Shown: in pieces, positions 9,811 through 18,816 of the stretch | Numbering within the stretch: the stretch's first letter is position 1 | How the letters are laid out: each line of letters opens with the position of its first letter | NCBI GenBank assembly: GCA_963841605.1 | Contig: CAWJDM010000016.1 | Location: forward strand, 2,405 to 66,404 | Length of the DNA stretch: 64,000 bases | Reading direction: 5' to 3' | Origin: an uncultured Acidobacteriota bacterium | GTDB taxonomy: Bacteria; Acidobacteriota; Terriglobia; Acidiferrales; UBA7541 | The notes under the pieces: generated by a model | The model's database searches: none | The model's input: only the letters and a program-made list of their open reading frames with translations | Told to the model about the DNA's origin: nothing | Translations under genes and position numbers: made by a program

Positions 9811-10079
9811 CGCCGCCTCCAATCGCCCGAGAGTATACGCCCGTCGTTCGCGGCGGCAACAGCGGCGAACAGGTGAGGCACCTCGGAAGGGGCAAGAGCA
9901 GATCCCTCGTCGGCCAGAGAGCAGCCTCTGTCGGGATGACAGCGTCGGGAGAGAGCAAGCCTCTCTGGGAAAGCGGGGTGAGCTGCATAAATTCGACAGC
10001 GCGAGGAAAACCCGCCCGCCTGAAGGTGATTGGATAAGGGCGTCGGCTCCTTCGAGCGAGTAGACTTGGCGCTGCGAAG

Positions 10080-10092
10080 CGACCAAGGCTCG
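10080..10092. repeat. Left subterminal inverted repeat of the IS
   Basis: cgaccaaggctcg is the exact reverse complement of 11284-11296. Confidence 0.6.
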
Positions 10093-10110
10093 GAGGAAAG
10101 GAGCCGAGCG

Positions 10111-11175
10111 ATGAAGATTATAGGCTGTGATTTTCACACGCGCCAGCAGCAGATCGCGATGCTGGACACGGAGACGGGAGAATTGGTCGAGCGCCAGTTG
10201 CAGCACGAGAACGGCGAGGCACGGAAGTTTTACGAGCAGTTGGCCGGGCCGGTTCGCGTGGGGATCGAAGCGACCGGGTATACGCTTTGGTTCGAGAAGA
10301 TGTTGGCGGAGCTGGGGCAGGAGTTGTGGGCCGGGGATGCCGCCAAGATTCGCGCGTCGGTGGTGCGGAAGCAGAAAACCGACAAGCGGGACGCGGCGCA
10401 TATTCTGGATTTGCTGGTACAGGATCGGTTTCCGCGGATCTGGATGCCGACGCCGGCGGAGCGGGACTTGCGGCAGCTGGTGTTGCATCGCGTGAAGCTA
10501 GTGCAGATGAGAACGAAAGTGATGAACCAGCTGCACGCGATGGCGATGGGCCAGGGGCTTTGCCGGAAGAAGAAGTTGTGGAGCAAGGCGGGGCGCCGGG
10601 AACTGGAAGCGTTGCCTTTGGGACCGTGGGCGGCGCGGCGGCGGCAAGAGCTGCTGGCCCTGCTCGATCAGTGGGAGAAGCCGATTACGGAGTTGGATCG
10701 GGAGGTCAAGCAACAAGCGGCGGCTCACGGCCAGGCGGTCCGGCTGATGACGCATCCGGGCGTGGGACCAGTGACTTCGCTGGCCTTCGTGCTGACGGTG
10801 GGGACGGTCGATCGTTTTCCGCGGGGCCGGCAGGTGAGCAGTTATCTGGGTCTGGACCCGCGCACGGACCGCTCGGCCGATCGGGTACGGAGCGGACCGA
10901 TCAGCAAGCAGGGCAGCTCGACAACGCGCTGGTTGTTGGTCGAAGCCGGACAGACGGCGGCCCGACTGGATCCGGAACTGCGGCGGGTATATCAGCGATT
11001 GAAGTTCCGTCGCGGGAATCAGATTGCCAAAGTGGCCGTGGCACGCCGCTTGGCGGTGAGGTTGTACTGGATGCTGCGCACTCAGGTCGATTACGGAGAA
11101 CTGATGGCGCGGCTGGTTCGCATGCGGGGTAGCTCGGGTAGCGGCCTGATGGAGAAGAGTCCATCGCGAAGGTGA
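10111..11175 (+). CDS. IS110-family transposase (DEDD N-terminal domain + C-terminal Transposase_20-type domain)
   Basis: ORF 10030..11175 trimmed to Met28 (MKIIGCDFHTRQQQIAML...VGIEATGYT...KTDKRDA). C-terminal HPGVGPVTSLAFVLTVG...FPRGRQVSSYLGLDPR...SGPISKQGSSTTRWLLVEA is classical IS110/IS1111 transposase. GGAGGAAAGGAG RBS. Confidence 0.92.
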   Translation: MKIIGCDFHTRQQQIAMLDTETGELVERQLQHENGEARKFYEQLAGPVRVGIEATGYTLWFEKMLAELGQELWAGDAAKIRASVVRKQKTDKRDAAHILDLLVQDRFPRIWMPTPAERDLRQLVLHRVKLVQMRTKVMNQLHAMAMGQGLCRKKKLWSKAGRRELEALPLGPWAARRRQELLALLDQWEKPITELDREVKQQAAAHGQAVRLMTHPGVGPVTSLAFVLTVGTVDRFPRGRQVSSYLGLDPRTDRSADRVRSGPISKQGSSTTRWLLVEAGQTAARLDPELRRVYQRLKFRRGNQIAKVAVARRLAVRLYWMLRTQVDYGELMARLVRMRGSSGSGLMEKSPSRR

Positions 11176-11283
11176 ATGAGCGCCCTGCCTCCTCGGGGAG
11201 CCGGGGAGTTTGAAAACAATCCTGGTGGAAAGACCGAATAGATGGCTGATGGAACCAACCGTTCCATCGCATGATTGAAGAAG

Positions 11284-11296
11284 CGAGCCTTGGTCG
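11284..11296. repeat. Right subterminal inverted repeat of the IS
   Basis: cgagccttggtcg is the exact reverse complement of 10080-10092. Confidence 0.6.
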
Positions 11297-11343
11297 GCTT
11301 GATGCAAAAGCAAAAGATTTCTGGTAAGGAAAAAGACAACATC

Positions 11344-11365
11344 GGACCGGGCAAATTCCCGGTCC
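11344..11365 (-). terminator. GC-rich hairpin, possible terminator of the minus-strand receiver-domain gene
   Basis: ggaccggg-caaatt-cccggtcc (8-bp perfect stem). On the minus strand it is followed, after a few nt, by a U-rich tract (gauguugucuuuuucc). The spacing is not ideal. Confidence 0.35.
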
Positions 11366-11447
11366 CCGATCAAAAGCACACGTGTGTATTGACTACGCCG
11401 ACGCCCTTATAGACGGCCGCTACAGGGCTAATTGCGCGGGAGGCGAC

Positions 11448-11831
11448 TCAGGCAGGGCTGCTGTCGCTATTCAGGACGTTGCGGATGGCTTCGTAGAGCT
11501 TGTCGACGCGACTCGATTTAGAGACGTAAGCGTGGGCGCCGGCCTGCTTCACGGTTTCGGCCAGTTGCGCGAATTCGTGCATGGAGAAAATGATGATCTT
11601 GGCCGAAGGGAAGAGCTGGCGGATTTGCTTTGTGGCTTCCACGCCGTTCATCACCGGCATGCTGAGATCGAGGATCACGATGTCGGGCTTGAGGCTAAGA
11701 GTTTTTTCCACCGCCTCCTGTCCGTTGGCGGCCTCGGCGCAAATCTCGAGAGACGGCTGCGCTTCGAGGAAGCGCCGCACGCCCTGGCGTACCACCTCAT
11801 GATCATCGGCCAAAACAATTCGTACGCACAT
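11448..11831 (-). CDS. Stand-alone response-regulator receiver domain (CheY-like, NarL-type REC without output domain)
   Basis: VRIVLADDHEVVRQG...DIVILDLSMPVMNG...KIIIFSMH...GAHAYVSK shows the acidic pocket, phospho-acceptor Asp and conserved Lys. Only 127 aa. Confidence 0.85.
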   Translation of the reverse strand: MCVRIVLADDHEVVRQGVRRFLEAQPSLEICAEAANGQEAVEKTLSLKPDIVILDLSMPVMNGVEATKQIRQLFPSAKIIIFSMHEFAQLAETVKQAGAHAYVSKSSRVDKLYEAIRNVLNSDSSPA

Positions 11832-11895
11832 TCCCGCGCGTTCTCCCCGTGCTGGGCCTACACAATATAGAGGATACGCGGGCGAAGGAAAAGAG

Positions 11896-12162
11896 CTAGA
11901 TCAGAATCTTGCGATGGCGCGTGTCGGTCAGCCGGTCTGGCGACGCCGCAGGTGCTTCACTCCACGGCTCGATCCAATGACGCTTGGCCTCGAGGCCCGA
12001 GAGCTTCCCCGACCAGCCGCAACCGCAGACCGCGCTGTGAAGCGCCATGTCGATGTTTTCGATATTTTTCGATTCGCAGGTCAGAGCGTGCATGACGGGA
12101 AGGCGGCAACTCGGACATTCGAACAACAGAACGTGAACGAAATCCTTATGCTCGCCTTGCAT
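11896..12162 (-). CDS. Small Cys-rich hypothetical protein (possible zinc-ribbon)
   Basis: 88 aa with CPSC...C...CGC cysteine pairs. Same strand and 64 nt upstream of the receiver gene. Confidence 0.4.
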   Translation of the reverse strand: MQGEHKDFVHVLLFECPSCRLPVMHALTCESKNIENIDMALHSAVCGCGWSGKLSGLEAKRHWIEPWSEAPAASPDRLTDTRHRKILI

Positions 12163-12286
12163 GCGAACCTCCCATTAGGAGCGAGAGTAGGGCGGAGCAG
12201 CGAAAGCTCCTATAGGTTGATGCCCATAATCCGCGGTGGGGTATATCCCTAGGCTAGTACCCGTGAAACTCCTGTGAGAAACTAGG

Positions 12287-13291
12287 GTGATCATGGGCTC
12301 CCGCCGGCTCGCCTGCATTTTGCTTTTCATCTTCGGTTTCTTGATTGCGACTCCCTCCGCATGGGCGTGGGGCTGCGAAGGGCATCAGATGATCGCGTCG
12401 ATTGCCGAAAAACATCTCAACGCGCGCGCGGCGAGAATGTCGCGGCAAATTTTGGCCGACAGTCCGATCGATGCCGCGCTTGCTCGGTATTGCAAGCAGA
12501 AGGGGCTGGATGCGTTTGTCGATGCTTCCACGTGGGCGGACGACGAGCGCAACATCAAGTCGGACACAGGGCCATGGCACTTCATCGATATTCCGCGAGG
12601 GGCGCCGAAGGGCGATATTGCACAATATTGTCCGGCGTCGACGGGCTGCGTGGTTTCCGAGCTGATAGCGCAGGTCCGCGTGCTTCGCAATCCGAGCGCG
12701 AGTGCCCAGGCGCGCGCGGATGCCTTGCGCTACGTGATTCATTTTGTGGGCGACATTCACCAGCCGCTGCACGCCACAACGAACGACGACATGGGCGGCA
12801 ACTGCGTCCCGGTGACATTCTTCGACCGCGCGCCGATGGAGACGAATGTGGAGCGCGAGAGCTATTCGCCGAATCTGCACGCCGTTTGGGACGTCGGCAT
12901 CATCGAACATTTCGCGCCGCCGCAGGACGCGCAGGCCCCGACGGCCGAGCAGGTGGCCGCCGAAATCGGTGAAGCGGAAAAACTCGATCGCGATTTTCGC
13001 GAGCGATTTCCTTCGTGGCAGCCCGGGCCGATCGACTTCGCTGCGTGGGCGTGGGAGAGCCACGCGCTTGCGGAGAAGGTGGCCTACGGAAAGCTGCCGC
13101 GCGCGATTCCGATCGAGCGGCCGCGCCCGGTCGAGAGCTGCGCAAACGACGATCACATTTCGACGCGCATGCTGAAGCTCGATGAACGCCTCGCGGATCC
13201 CTACGAGCAGGCAACTGCCCCCGTCGTCCAGGAGCAGTTGGCGAAGGCCGGCCTTCGGCTTGCGGCGCTGCTCAATTCGATCTGGCCGTGA
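12287..13291 (+). CDS. Secreted S1/P1-family zinc nuclease
   Basis: The signal peptide ends ...SAWA, followed by mature N-terminal WGCEGH (the N-terminal Trp is a Zn ligand in P1 nuclease). HFIDIP and HFVGDIHQPLH motifs are present. Confidence 0.9.
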   Translation: MIMGSRRLACILLFIFGFLIATPSAWAWGCEGHQMIASIAEKHLNARAARMSRQILADSPIDAALARYCKQKGLDAFVDASTWADDERNIKSDTGPWHFIDIPRGAPKGDIAQYCPASTGCVVSELIAQVRVLRNPSASAQARADALRYVIHFVGDIHQPLHATTNDDMGGNCVPVTFFDRAPMETNVERESYSPNLHAVWDVGIIEHFAPPQDAQAPTAEQVAAEIGEAEKLDRDFRERFPSWQPGPIDFAAWAWESHALAEKVAYGKLPRAIPIERPRPVESCANDDHISTRMLKLDERLADPYEQATAPVVQEQLAKAGLRLAALLNSIWP

Positions 13292-13404
13292 TGGCGGCGC
13301 TCGGACCGCCGAAGTTCTTAGGTTTCCTACCTCCTTTTCGCTAGAATCCCCACCCATGGTTTCGCGAGATCTTCAAAGGGGCGCGGCAGGCGAGTTATGA
13401 AGCA

Positions 13405-14733
13405 ATGACGGAGACGCCGCAGACGCCGCAGACGCGCGGATCGGTTCCTGCACGCCATGTTGCGGCTGTTGTTGTTGGGAACGCCCTCGAATTCTACGAT
13501 TTCCTGACCTACGCGTTTTTCGCGGTGTATATCGGCAGGACGTTTTTCCCATCCAACTCTCCGACGGCAAGTTTGCTGGCATCGCTTGGCACGTTCGCGG
13601 TGGGATTCGTCACGCGGCCCATCGGTGGCATCGTAATCGGAAGGATGGGCGACCGAGTGGGCCGCAAGCCCGCGATGATTCTGTCCTTTTCGTTGATGGG
13701 CATCGCGATCACGGGCCTTGCGTTGACGCCGTCGCACGCGATGATCGGCGCGGCGGCGCCCGTGCTCGTGATTTTGTTCCGCATGGTGCAGGGCTTCGCG
13801 CTGGGCGGCGAGGTGGGACCGACGACGGCGTTCCTGCTCGAGGCGGCGCCGCCGGAACGGCGTGGTTTCTACACGGCGTTCCAGGCGTGGACGCAGGATT
13901 TTTCGGTCCTGATCTCCGGGCTTGTGGGTTTCGGGCTCGCGAGCATGCTCAGCGAGCAGCAACTGCAGGATTTCGGATGGCGCATTGCATTTCTGCTGGG
14001 CGCGGCGATCGTGCCTTTCGGTCTGATGCTGCGGCGCAGCTTGCCCGAGACGTTTCACGCGAGCGAGAAAAGCGAGCGCGAACGCGCGCCGCTTCGCCCC
14101 CTGCTGCCAATCGCGGTGCTTGGCATGATGCTGCTTGCCAGCTCAACCATCGGTATGTATATCGCGAGCTACATGACCACCTATGCGATCGCGACGCTGC
14201 ACATGCATGCGAATGTCGCCTTCGCGGCCACGATCGTGGTCGGGCTGTGCGGCGTGATGTTCGATCTCGTGAGCGGCGCGCTCTCGGACCGCATCGGCCG
14301 CAAGCCGATGATGATCGTACCGAGCGTCCTGCTGCTCGTGTCGATTCTGCCCGCCTTTTACATCATCTCGCGCTATCGCACCACCGCCACGCTGCTCGGG
14401 GCGACCGCCGTGTTGACCTCCTTGTTGAATCTGTCCGGCTGCCCGACCATTATCTGGCTGACCGAATCCCTTCCGGCGGCGATCCGCTCCGGCGGCGTGG
14501 CCATCGTGTATGCCTTTTCGATTGCGATATTCGGCGGATCGACCCAATTCTCGGTTACATGGCTGATCAAAGTGACTGGAAACCCGCTGGCGCCCGCCTG
14601 GTATTGGATCGTGGCCTTAACCATCGGCCTCGGCGCGATGATCGCCGCGCACGAATCGGCGCCGTGCAAGCAGATCGCGAAGCCCGCCCAGGCGGATCCG
14701 CTCCCGGTTCAGCTCCCCGATCAGGCGCGGTAG
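13405..14733 (+). CDS. MFS transporter, metabolite:H+ symporter (MHS) type
   Basis: About 12 TM segments. N-terminal GNALEFYDFLTYAFFAVYIG and GRMGDRVGRK loop motif are typical of MHS (KgtP/ProP-like) carriers. Confidence 0.85.
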   Translation: MTETPQTPQTRGSVPARHVAAVVVGNALEFYDFLTYAFFAVYIGRTFFPSNSPTASLLASLGTFAVGFVTRPIGGIVIGRMGDRVGRKPAMILSFSLMGIAITGLALTPSHAMIGAAAPVLVILFRMVQGFALGGEVGPTTAFLLEAAPPERRGFYTAFQAWTQDFSVLISGLVGFGLASMLSEQQLQDFGWRIAFLLGAAIVPFGLMLRRSLPETFHASEKSERERAPLRPLLPIAVLGMMLLASSTIGMYIASYMTTYAIATLHMHANVAFAATIVVGLCGVMFDLVSGALSDRIGRKPMMIVPSVLLLVSILPAFYIISRYRTTATLLGATAVLTSLLNLSGCPTIIWLTESLPAAIRSGGVAIVYAFSIAIFGGSTQFSVTWLIKVTGNPLAPAWYWIVALTIGLGAMIAAHESAPCKQIAKPAQADPLPVQLPDQAR

Positions 14734-15015
14734 CCGGCATCGTGTGCCCGTTTACCTGATACCTGATCGGCGACAAATTATCGCCCAATTCAGCCAAAGG
14801 ATTGCGCGCCCGGCGCCCTCGGAAGTACAGTATGAGGGGGCCGGGTACCCAAAACCGAATTCAGGCTGATATTTGCGCGGTTGCCATCCCACCCTCGGCA
14901 GCCGTGCGCTGGGTCCCGGTATAGCCGTACTATGACTCGACGCCTTCCTGGAATCCCACGTTACGGGACCTGGTAGGGCGATTTGCCTTCGCGGATGGCG
15001 ACGGAGGTTGTGCCC

Positions 15016-17454
15016 ATGTTTCTCGAATTCTATAAACTGCGCCAGCAGCCGTTTGGCGTCACGCCCGATCCGGCCTACCTCTACCCCAGCCAGACGCACT
15101 GCCAGGCGCTCGACGCGCTCACCGAAGGAATCATGAGCGGCCGCGGATTCCTCACGCTGATCGCCGACCCCGGCATGGGCAAGACGACGCTGCTCTATCA
15201 GGTGCTCGATGCGCTGCGCGATAAGGCGAAGACCGCGTTTCTTTTTCAAACGCAGTGCACCTCGCGCGAATTCTTCCAATACCTTCTCAGCGAGCTCCGC
15301 GTCGATTCCACGGGCATGGGCCTCGTGCAAATGCACAACAAGCTGAACGACATGCTGTTTTCGGAGCTGATGAAGGGCAAGCGATTCGTCTTGATCGTCG
15401 ATGAGGCGCAAAACCTGGACGATTCGGTGCTGGAAACCATCCGCCTGCTTTCAAATTTCGAGACATCGAACACCAAATTGCTGCAAATCGTTCTCGCGGG
15501 CCAGCCGCAACTGGGAGCGAAACTGGGCCAGCCGCAACTCGCGCAACTCGAGCAGCGCATCGCCGTGGTGCAGCGCCTGGAAGCTTTCCCGCCGGAGGAA
15601 ACCGCCGGCTACATCCGGCACCGCCTAAAAGTTTCGGGGCACAGCACTGGAGATTTATTTGAGCCGGAGGCGCTCGCGCTGATCGCCGAGCGAAGCCAGG
15701 GCATTCCGCGAAACATCAACCGGATCTGCTACCAGGCGTTGCTCGAAGCGCATGGCGAAGGGCTGCACACTGTGTCGGCTGAGATCGTCGAGCGGGCGGA
15801 TCGTAAGCTGAAAATCGCGCCGGGCCTGCGTGAATCGTCGGCGCAGGGACCATCGGCGCATGTGGGCGACGAATCCATGAAGGCGGCAGGCGCTTCGGTG
15901 GCGCCGCAGCTTACCTACAAGCCGGGGAGCGGGTCGAAGTCGCGCGGGTGGAATATTTGGATGGCGGCGCTTGTCGCGATCCTGCTGATTGCGGGATTCG
16001 CGTTGCCGCGCAAGCCCCTGTTCAGCCACGGGAATCGCGGGATCGTCGAGGCGAGCGCGAGAAGCGCTGCGATAGCGAAAACCGCGGTGCCGCCGAAGAG
16101 CGCGGTGCAAAGCGACGAAATCGACGACCGGCTGCAAACGCAGGGCTTTCAGGAAGTGGCCCAAGAAGTGAAGAAGACCGATCCGATCGCCGAGCCGCGG
16201 CTCGACGGCGGAGGCGTGCCGGACGTGACCGGCATTCAGGTGTCGAGCACGCAGAGCGACGCGCGGATCGTCGTGATGCTGAACGCGGCGGTGCGGTACG
16301 ACTCGGCGCGCATTACCGGGCCCGAGCGAATCTATTTCGATTTGCACGGCGCGCGGCTGGATTCATCCGTGCCGCAGAAGATGGTTCCCGCCGGGGACGG
16401 GCTGCTGAAGTGGGTGCGCGCGGCGCAGAATACGGATGATGTGGTGCGGCTGGTGCTCGATGCGGACAAGGCGAAGGTTTATTCCGCGCAGCTGCTTTCC
16501 GACCCGTACCGGTTGGTGATCGATGTTTCCGCGCAGCCGGGGGGCGCCGCGAGGAGTGGTGCGAGTTCGGCGGCCGCGCAAGAAAACGCGGCCAACCTTC
16601 CGTCGGATGCAAGCGCGAGCCACGCAAACCGCCTTTCGCTCACGCAGGCGCTGGGGCTGAAGATCAGCCGCATCGCGATCGATCCGGGCCACGGCGGTTC
16701 TGATACGGGCGCGATGGGGCCGCACGGCCTGATGGAAAAGAATCTCTGCCTCGACGTGGCACTGCGGCTGGGGCGGCTGATCCAGCAGGACATTCCCGGC
16801 GCGCAGGTGATCTACACGCGCACCACCGACAAATTCGTTTCGCTCGAAGACCGCACGGCCATCGCCAACCGCGCCAACGCCGACCTCTTCATTTCGATCC
16901 ACGCGAATTCGAGCGACAGCCCGGAAGCGCGCGGCGTCGAAACGTATTACCTGAGCCTATTGGCGTCGCCGGAATCGATGAGGCTTGCCGCGCGCGAGAA
17001 TGCGCTCGCGCAATCATCGCTCCACGATCTGCCCGAGCTGGTTCAGCAAATCGCGCGCAACGCGAAGATCGCGGAATCGAAGGTCCTCGCGCAGGATATC
17101 CAGAGCGCGCTCGCGACGCGGCTTGAGCTGGTAAGCCGCGGCGAGACGAACCGCGGCGTGAAGCGCGCGCCGTTCGTCGTTCTGACGGGAGCCAATATGC
17201 CGGCGGTGCTGTCGGAGATTTCGTTCATTAGCAACGCCAGCGACGAGAGCCTGCTGCTCGAGAGCAGCCAGCGCCAGCGCGTGGCCGAAAGCCTCTACCG
17301 CGGCATTGCGGCGTATCTCGATAGCTTGAACAGCCTGCCCGCCAAGAAGGACAACCATGCGAGTGCGAAGCCTCTTGCCCCATCGCCGACACTGACGGCG
17401 TCAACGGTAGTGGTCGGGCCAAATCCCCTTAAACTTCCGGGCCGCGGGAACTAG
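15016..17454 (+). CDS. Fusion protein: ExeA/GspA-like AAA ATPase - TM helix - AMIN domain - N-acetylmuramoyl-L-alanine amidase (Amidase_3)
   Basis: ORF 14983..17454 trimmed to Met12 (MFLEFYKLRQQPF, GGAGG RBS). Walker A ADPGMGKTT and Walker B VLIVDEAQ. One TM helix (WNIWMAALVAILLIAGFAL, about nt 15949-16005). AMIN-like beta domain (VTGIQVSSTQSDARIVVML...YRLVIDVS, about nt 16222-16530). Amidase_3 with Zn ligands (IAIDPGHGGSDTGA...E...FISIHANS...GVETYY, about nt 16666-17322). Confidence 0.85.
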   Translation: MFLEFYKLRQQPFGVTPDPAYLYPSQTHCQALDALTEGIMSGRGFLTLIADPGMGKTTLLYQVLDALRDKAKTAFLFQTQCTSREFFQYLLSELRVDSTGMGLVQMHNKLNDMLFSELMKGKRFVLIVDEAQNLDDSVLETIRLLSNFETSNTKLLQIVLAGQPQLGAKLGQPQLAQLEQRIAVVQRLEAFPPEETAGYIRHRLKVSGHSTGDLFEPEALALIAERSQGIPRNINRICYQALLEAHGEGLHTVSAEIVERADRKLKIAPGLRESSAQGPSAHVGDESMKAAGASVAPQLTYKPGSGSKSRGWNIWMAALVAILLIAGFALPRKPLFSHGNRGIVEASARSAAIAKTAVPPKSAVQSDEIDDRLQTQGFQEVAQEVKKTDPIAEPRLDGGGVPDVTGIQVSSTQSDARIVVMLNAAVRYDSARITGPERIYFDLHGARLDSSVPQKMVPAGDGLLKWVRAAQNTDDVVRLVLDADKAKVYSAQLLSDPYRLVIDVSAQPGGAARSGASSAAAQENAANLPSDASASHANRLSLTQALGLKISRIAIDPGHGGSDTGAMGPHGLMEKNLCLDVALRLGRLIQQDIPGAQVIYTRTTDKFVSLEDRTAIANRANADLFISIHANSSDSPEARGVETYYLSLLASPESMRLAARENALAQSSLHDLPELVQQIARNAKIAESKVLAQDIQSALATRLELVSRGETNRGVKRAPFVVLTGANMPAVLSEISFISNASDESLLLESSQRQRVAESLYRGIAAYLDSLNSLPAKKDNHASAKPLAPSPTLTASTVVVGPNPLKLPGRGN

Positions 17455-17549
17455 AACTCGGCCGGCGTGGCGAGTTCGTTTCCCAAGCTGATCCCGGCAA
17501 TAGCTAGCGGCGGTTTGGCGAGGGGCAAGCATTTCTGGCGACGCACAGG

Positions 17550-18152
17550 TCACTTCCGGGGGTCGGGTCTTCTTTCGGCGAGTTGGTAGCGGTTCCCATC
17601 GAATTTCAAGATGAGCGCGGTTCGCGTTGCAGCCGTGAGTGACCAGACTTCAATGTCTCGATATCCCCTTGTTCGCTGATCCATGACCTGGAGGGCGTCT
17701 CCAGTTGTTTTCAGGAGCAATCGGTACCCTTCATCAGCTTTCGCCAGTATCCAAAACGGAACGGCGTGAGCTCCGAACAGACACCGGTTGGGCGATGGAC
17801 TCTCAGGCAAAGCTTGCGGTCGTATAATCAGATCGATCTCGTTGGGACCATCCAGATGAATCTCGGAAGCCACAAACCACGAAGAAGGGATCTCTTCGGG
17901 TCTCACTTTTTCAAATCTCACGCAGTTTAGCGCGCCGCGACTTAGTGCGCCTTGCAGAACCAGCAAGGCGGTCTTCGGAACTTCAGCCGGGTTCTTGACC
18001 AACACTTCCCCTGGTATTGCTTCTGCGCCGAAACTCGTTTGCTCTGACTGATGGTGGTTCGCGACGCTCTGTCCTCCGAGGCTCTGCCCGAAAGTCATCA
18101 CCAGCGCCAGAATCTGGATTACCCGCTTCGAGGTCGCAATCTCTACTCTCAT
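17550..18152 (-). CDS. Hypothetical secreted protein (orphan)
   Basis: 200-aa ORF with a signal-like N-terminus (VIQILALVMTFGQSLGG). No recognisable domain. AT-richer region. Confidence 0.5.
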   Translation of the reverse strand: MRVEIATSKRVIQILALVMTFGQSLGGQSVANHHQSEQTSFGAEAIPGEVLVKNPAEVPKTALLVLQGALSRGALNCVRFEKVRPEEIPSSWFVASEIHLDGPNEIDLIIRPQALPESPSPNRCLFGAHAVPFWILAKADEGYRLLLKTTGDALQVMDQRTRGYRDIEVWSLTAATRTALILKFDGNRYQLAERRPDPRK

Positions 18153-18188
18153 GCGTTCACTCTTCGGAGTCGAGCCCGTGGGAATTGC

Positions 18189-18611
18189 TTACTTCGAGGT
18201 ATTTCCAAGACCCCAACGCTTAATCTCAACGACATGGTCGATATATCCGTTGTAACCCGCCCGGGGATCCGGTGCGTGATACGTTCCGGACAAGTCCACG
18301 TAGCTCCACGTCAGATCCTTAACACTTGATCTGTCTACGTTCAAATCAATCGAGTTCGGGACTACGTAGTTGCGGCCGTCGGCCTCCGAGAGAAACAGGC
18401 CCACTGACATATCAAGCCCTCCACCGGGCGCAAGGAACCCAATAACCCTAATGTGCTGCCCATTGAAATCGCTAGGGTTGGCGATTACTCGGATCAGGCT
18501 AACCCTGAGGTAAGCCTGTCTGTTATCCGAGGTCGCTGGACCTTGGGAAGGAAGAGTTGTCGTGCAGCAGAATAGGGTCATTATCAGCACGGCGCTCGCT
18601 TTGAGTTTCAT
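18189..18611 (-). CDS. Hypothetical secreted/lipoprotein-like protein (orphan)
   Basis: 140-aa ORF with signal peptide MKLKASAVLIMTLFCCTT. 36 nt upstream of the previous gene, so probably a two-gene unit. AGGAGG RBS. Confidence 0.5.
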   Translation of the reverse strand: MKLKASAVLIMTLFCCTTTLPSQGPATSDNRQAYLRVSLIRVIANPSDFNGQHIRVIGFLAPGGGLDMSVGLFLSEADGRNYVVPNSIDLNVDRSSVKDLTWSYVDLSGTYHAPDPRAGYNGYIDHVVEIKRWGLGNTSK

Positions 18612-18657
18612 GAGTCGATGCCTCCTACTGGCAGATTAGTATAGTCGCAAGTGTTCA

Positions 18658-18762
18658 GGCGGTTGAAGACGATTCCGGTCAGGATTTTGTCCCTGGCCGT
18701 TTTCTGAACCTTGGTACAGCCTAAATCGGCGCCTGTCCGTGCTAGCGTGATTGGAGGTATGC
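18658..18762. repeat. 105-nt direct repeat, copy A
   Basis: ggcggttgaagacgattccggtcaggattttgtccctggccgttttctgaaccttggtacagcctaaatcggcgcctgtccgtgctagcgtgattggaggtatgc. By eye about 10 mismatches to copy B, with no indels (constant offset 1098 nt). It contains the hairpin cggtcagg-attttgtc-cctggccg and ends in GGAGGT-ATG. Confidence 0.85.
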
Positions 18763-18816
18763 AGATCACATCGCTGGCCAGTCGTAGAGGCGTCGGAAGC
18801 AGAAGGCGGTGGGAGT

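Larger units (their letters stand above)
10080..11296 (+). mobile_element. IS110-family (IS1111-like) insertion sequence; minimal extent defined by subterminal inverted repeats, true ends a few to tens of nt outside
   Basis: A single DEDD-type transposase gene is bracketed by a 13-bp inverted repeat: cgaccaaggctcg at 10080-10092 and cgagccttggtcg at 11284-11296. No obvious target duplication, as expected for this family. It lies in an intergenic region that also carries a REP-like motif (ctgtcgggatgacag, 9928-9942). Confidence 0.6.

Noticed and set aside
9811-10488. N-terminal extension of the NHL-repeat ORF (582 aa as listed).
   Set aside because: The extension runs antisense through the IS transposase and has no protein-like character. 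A clean signal peptide begins at Met227 (9810).
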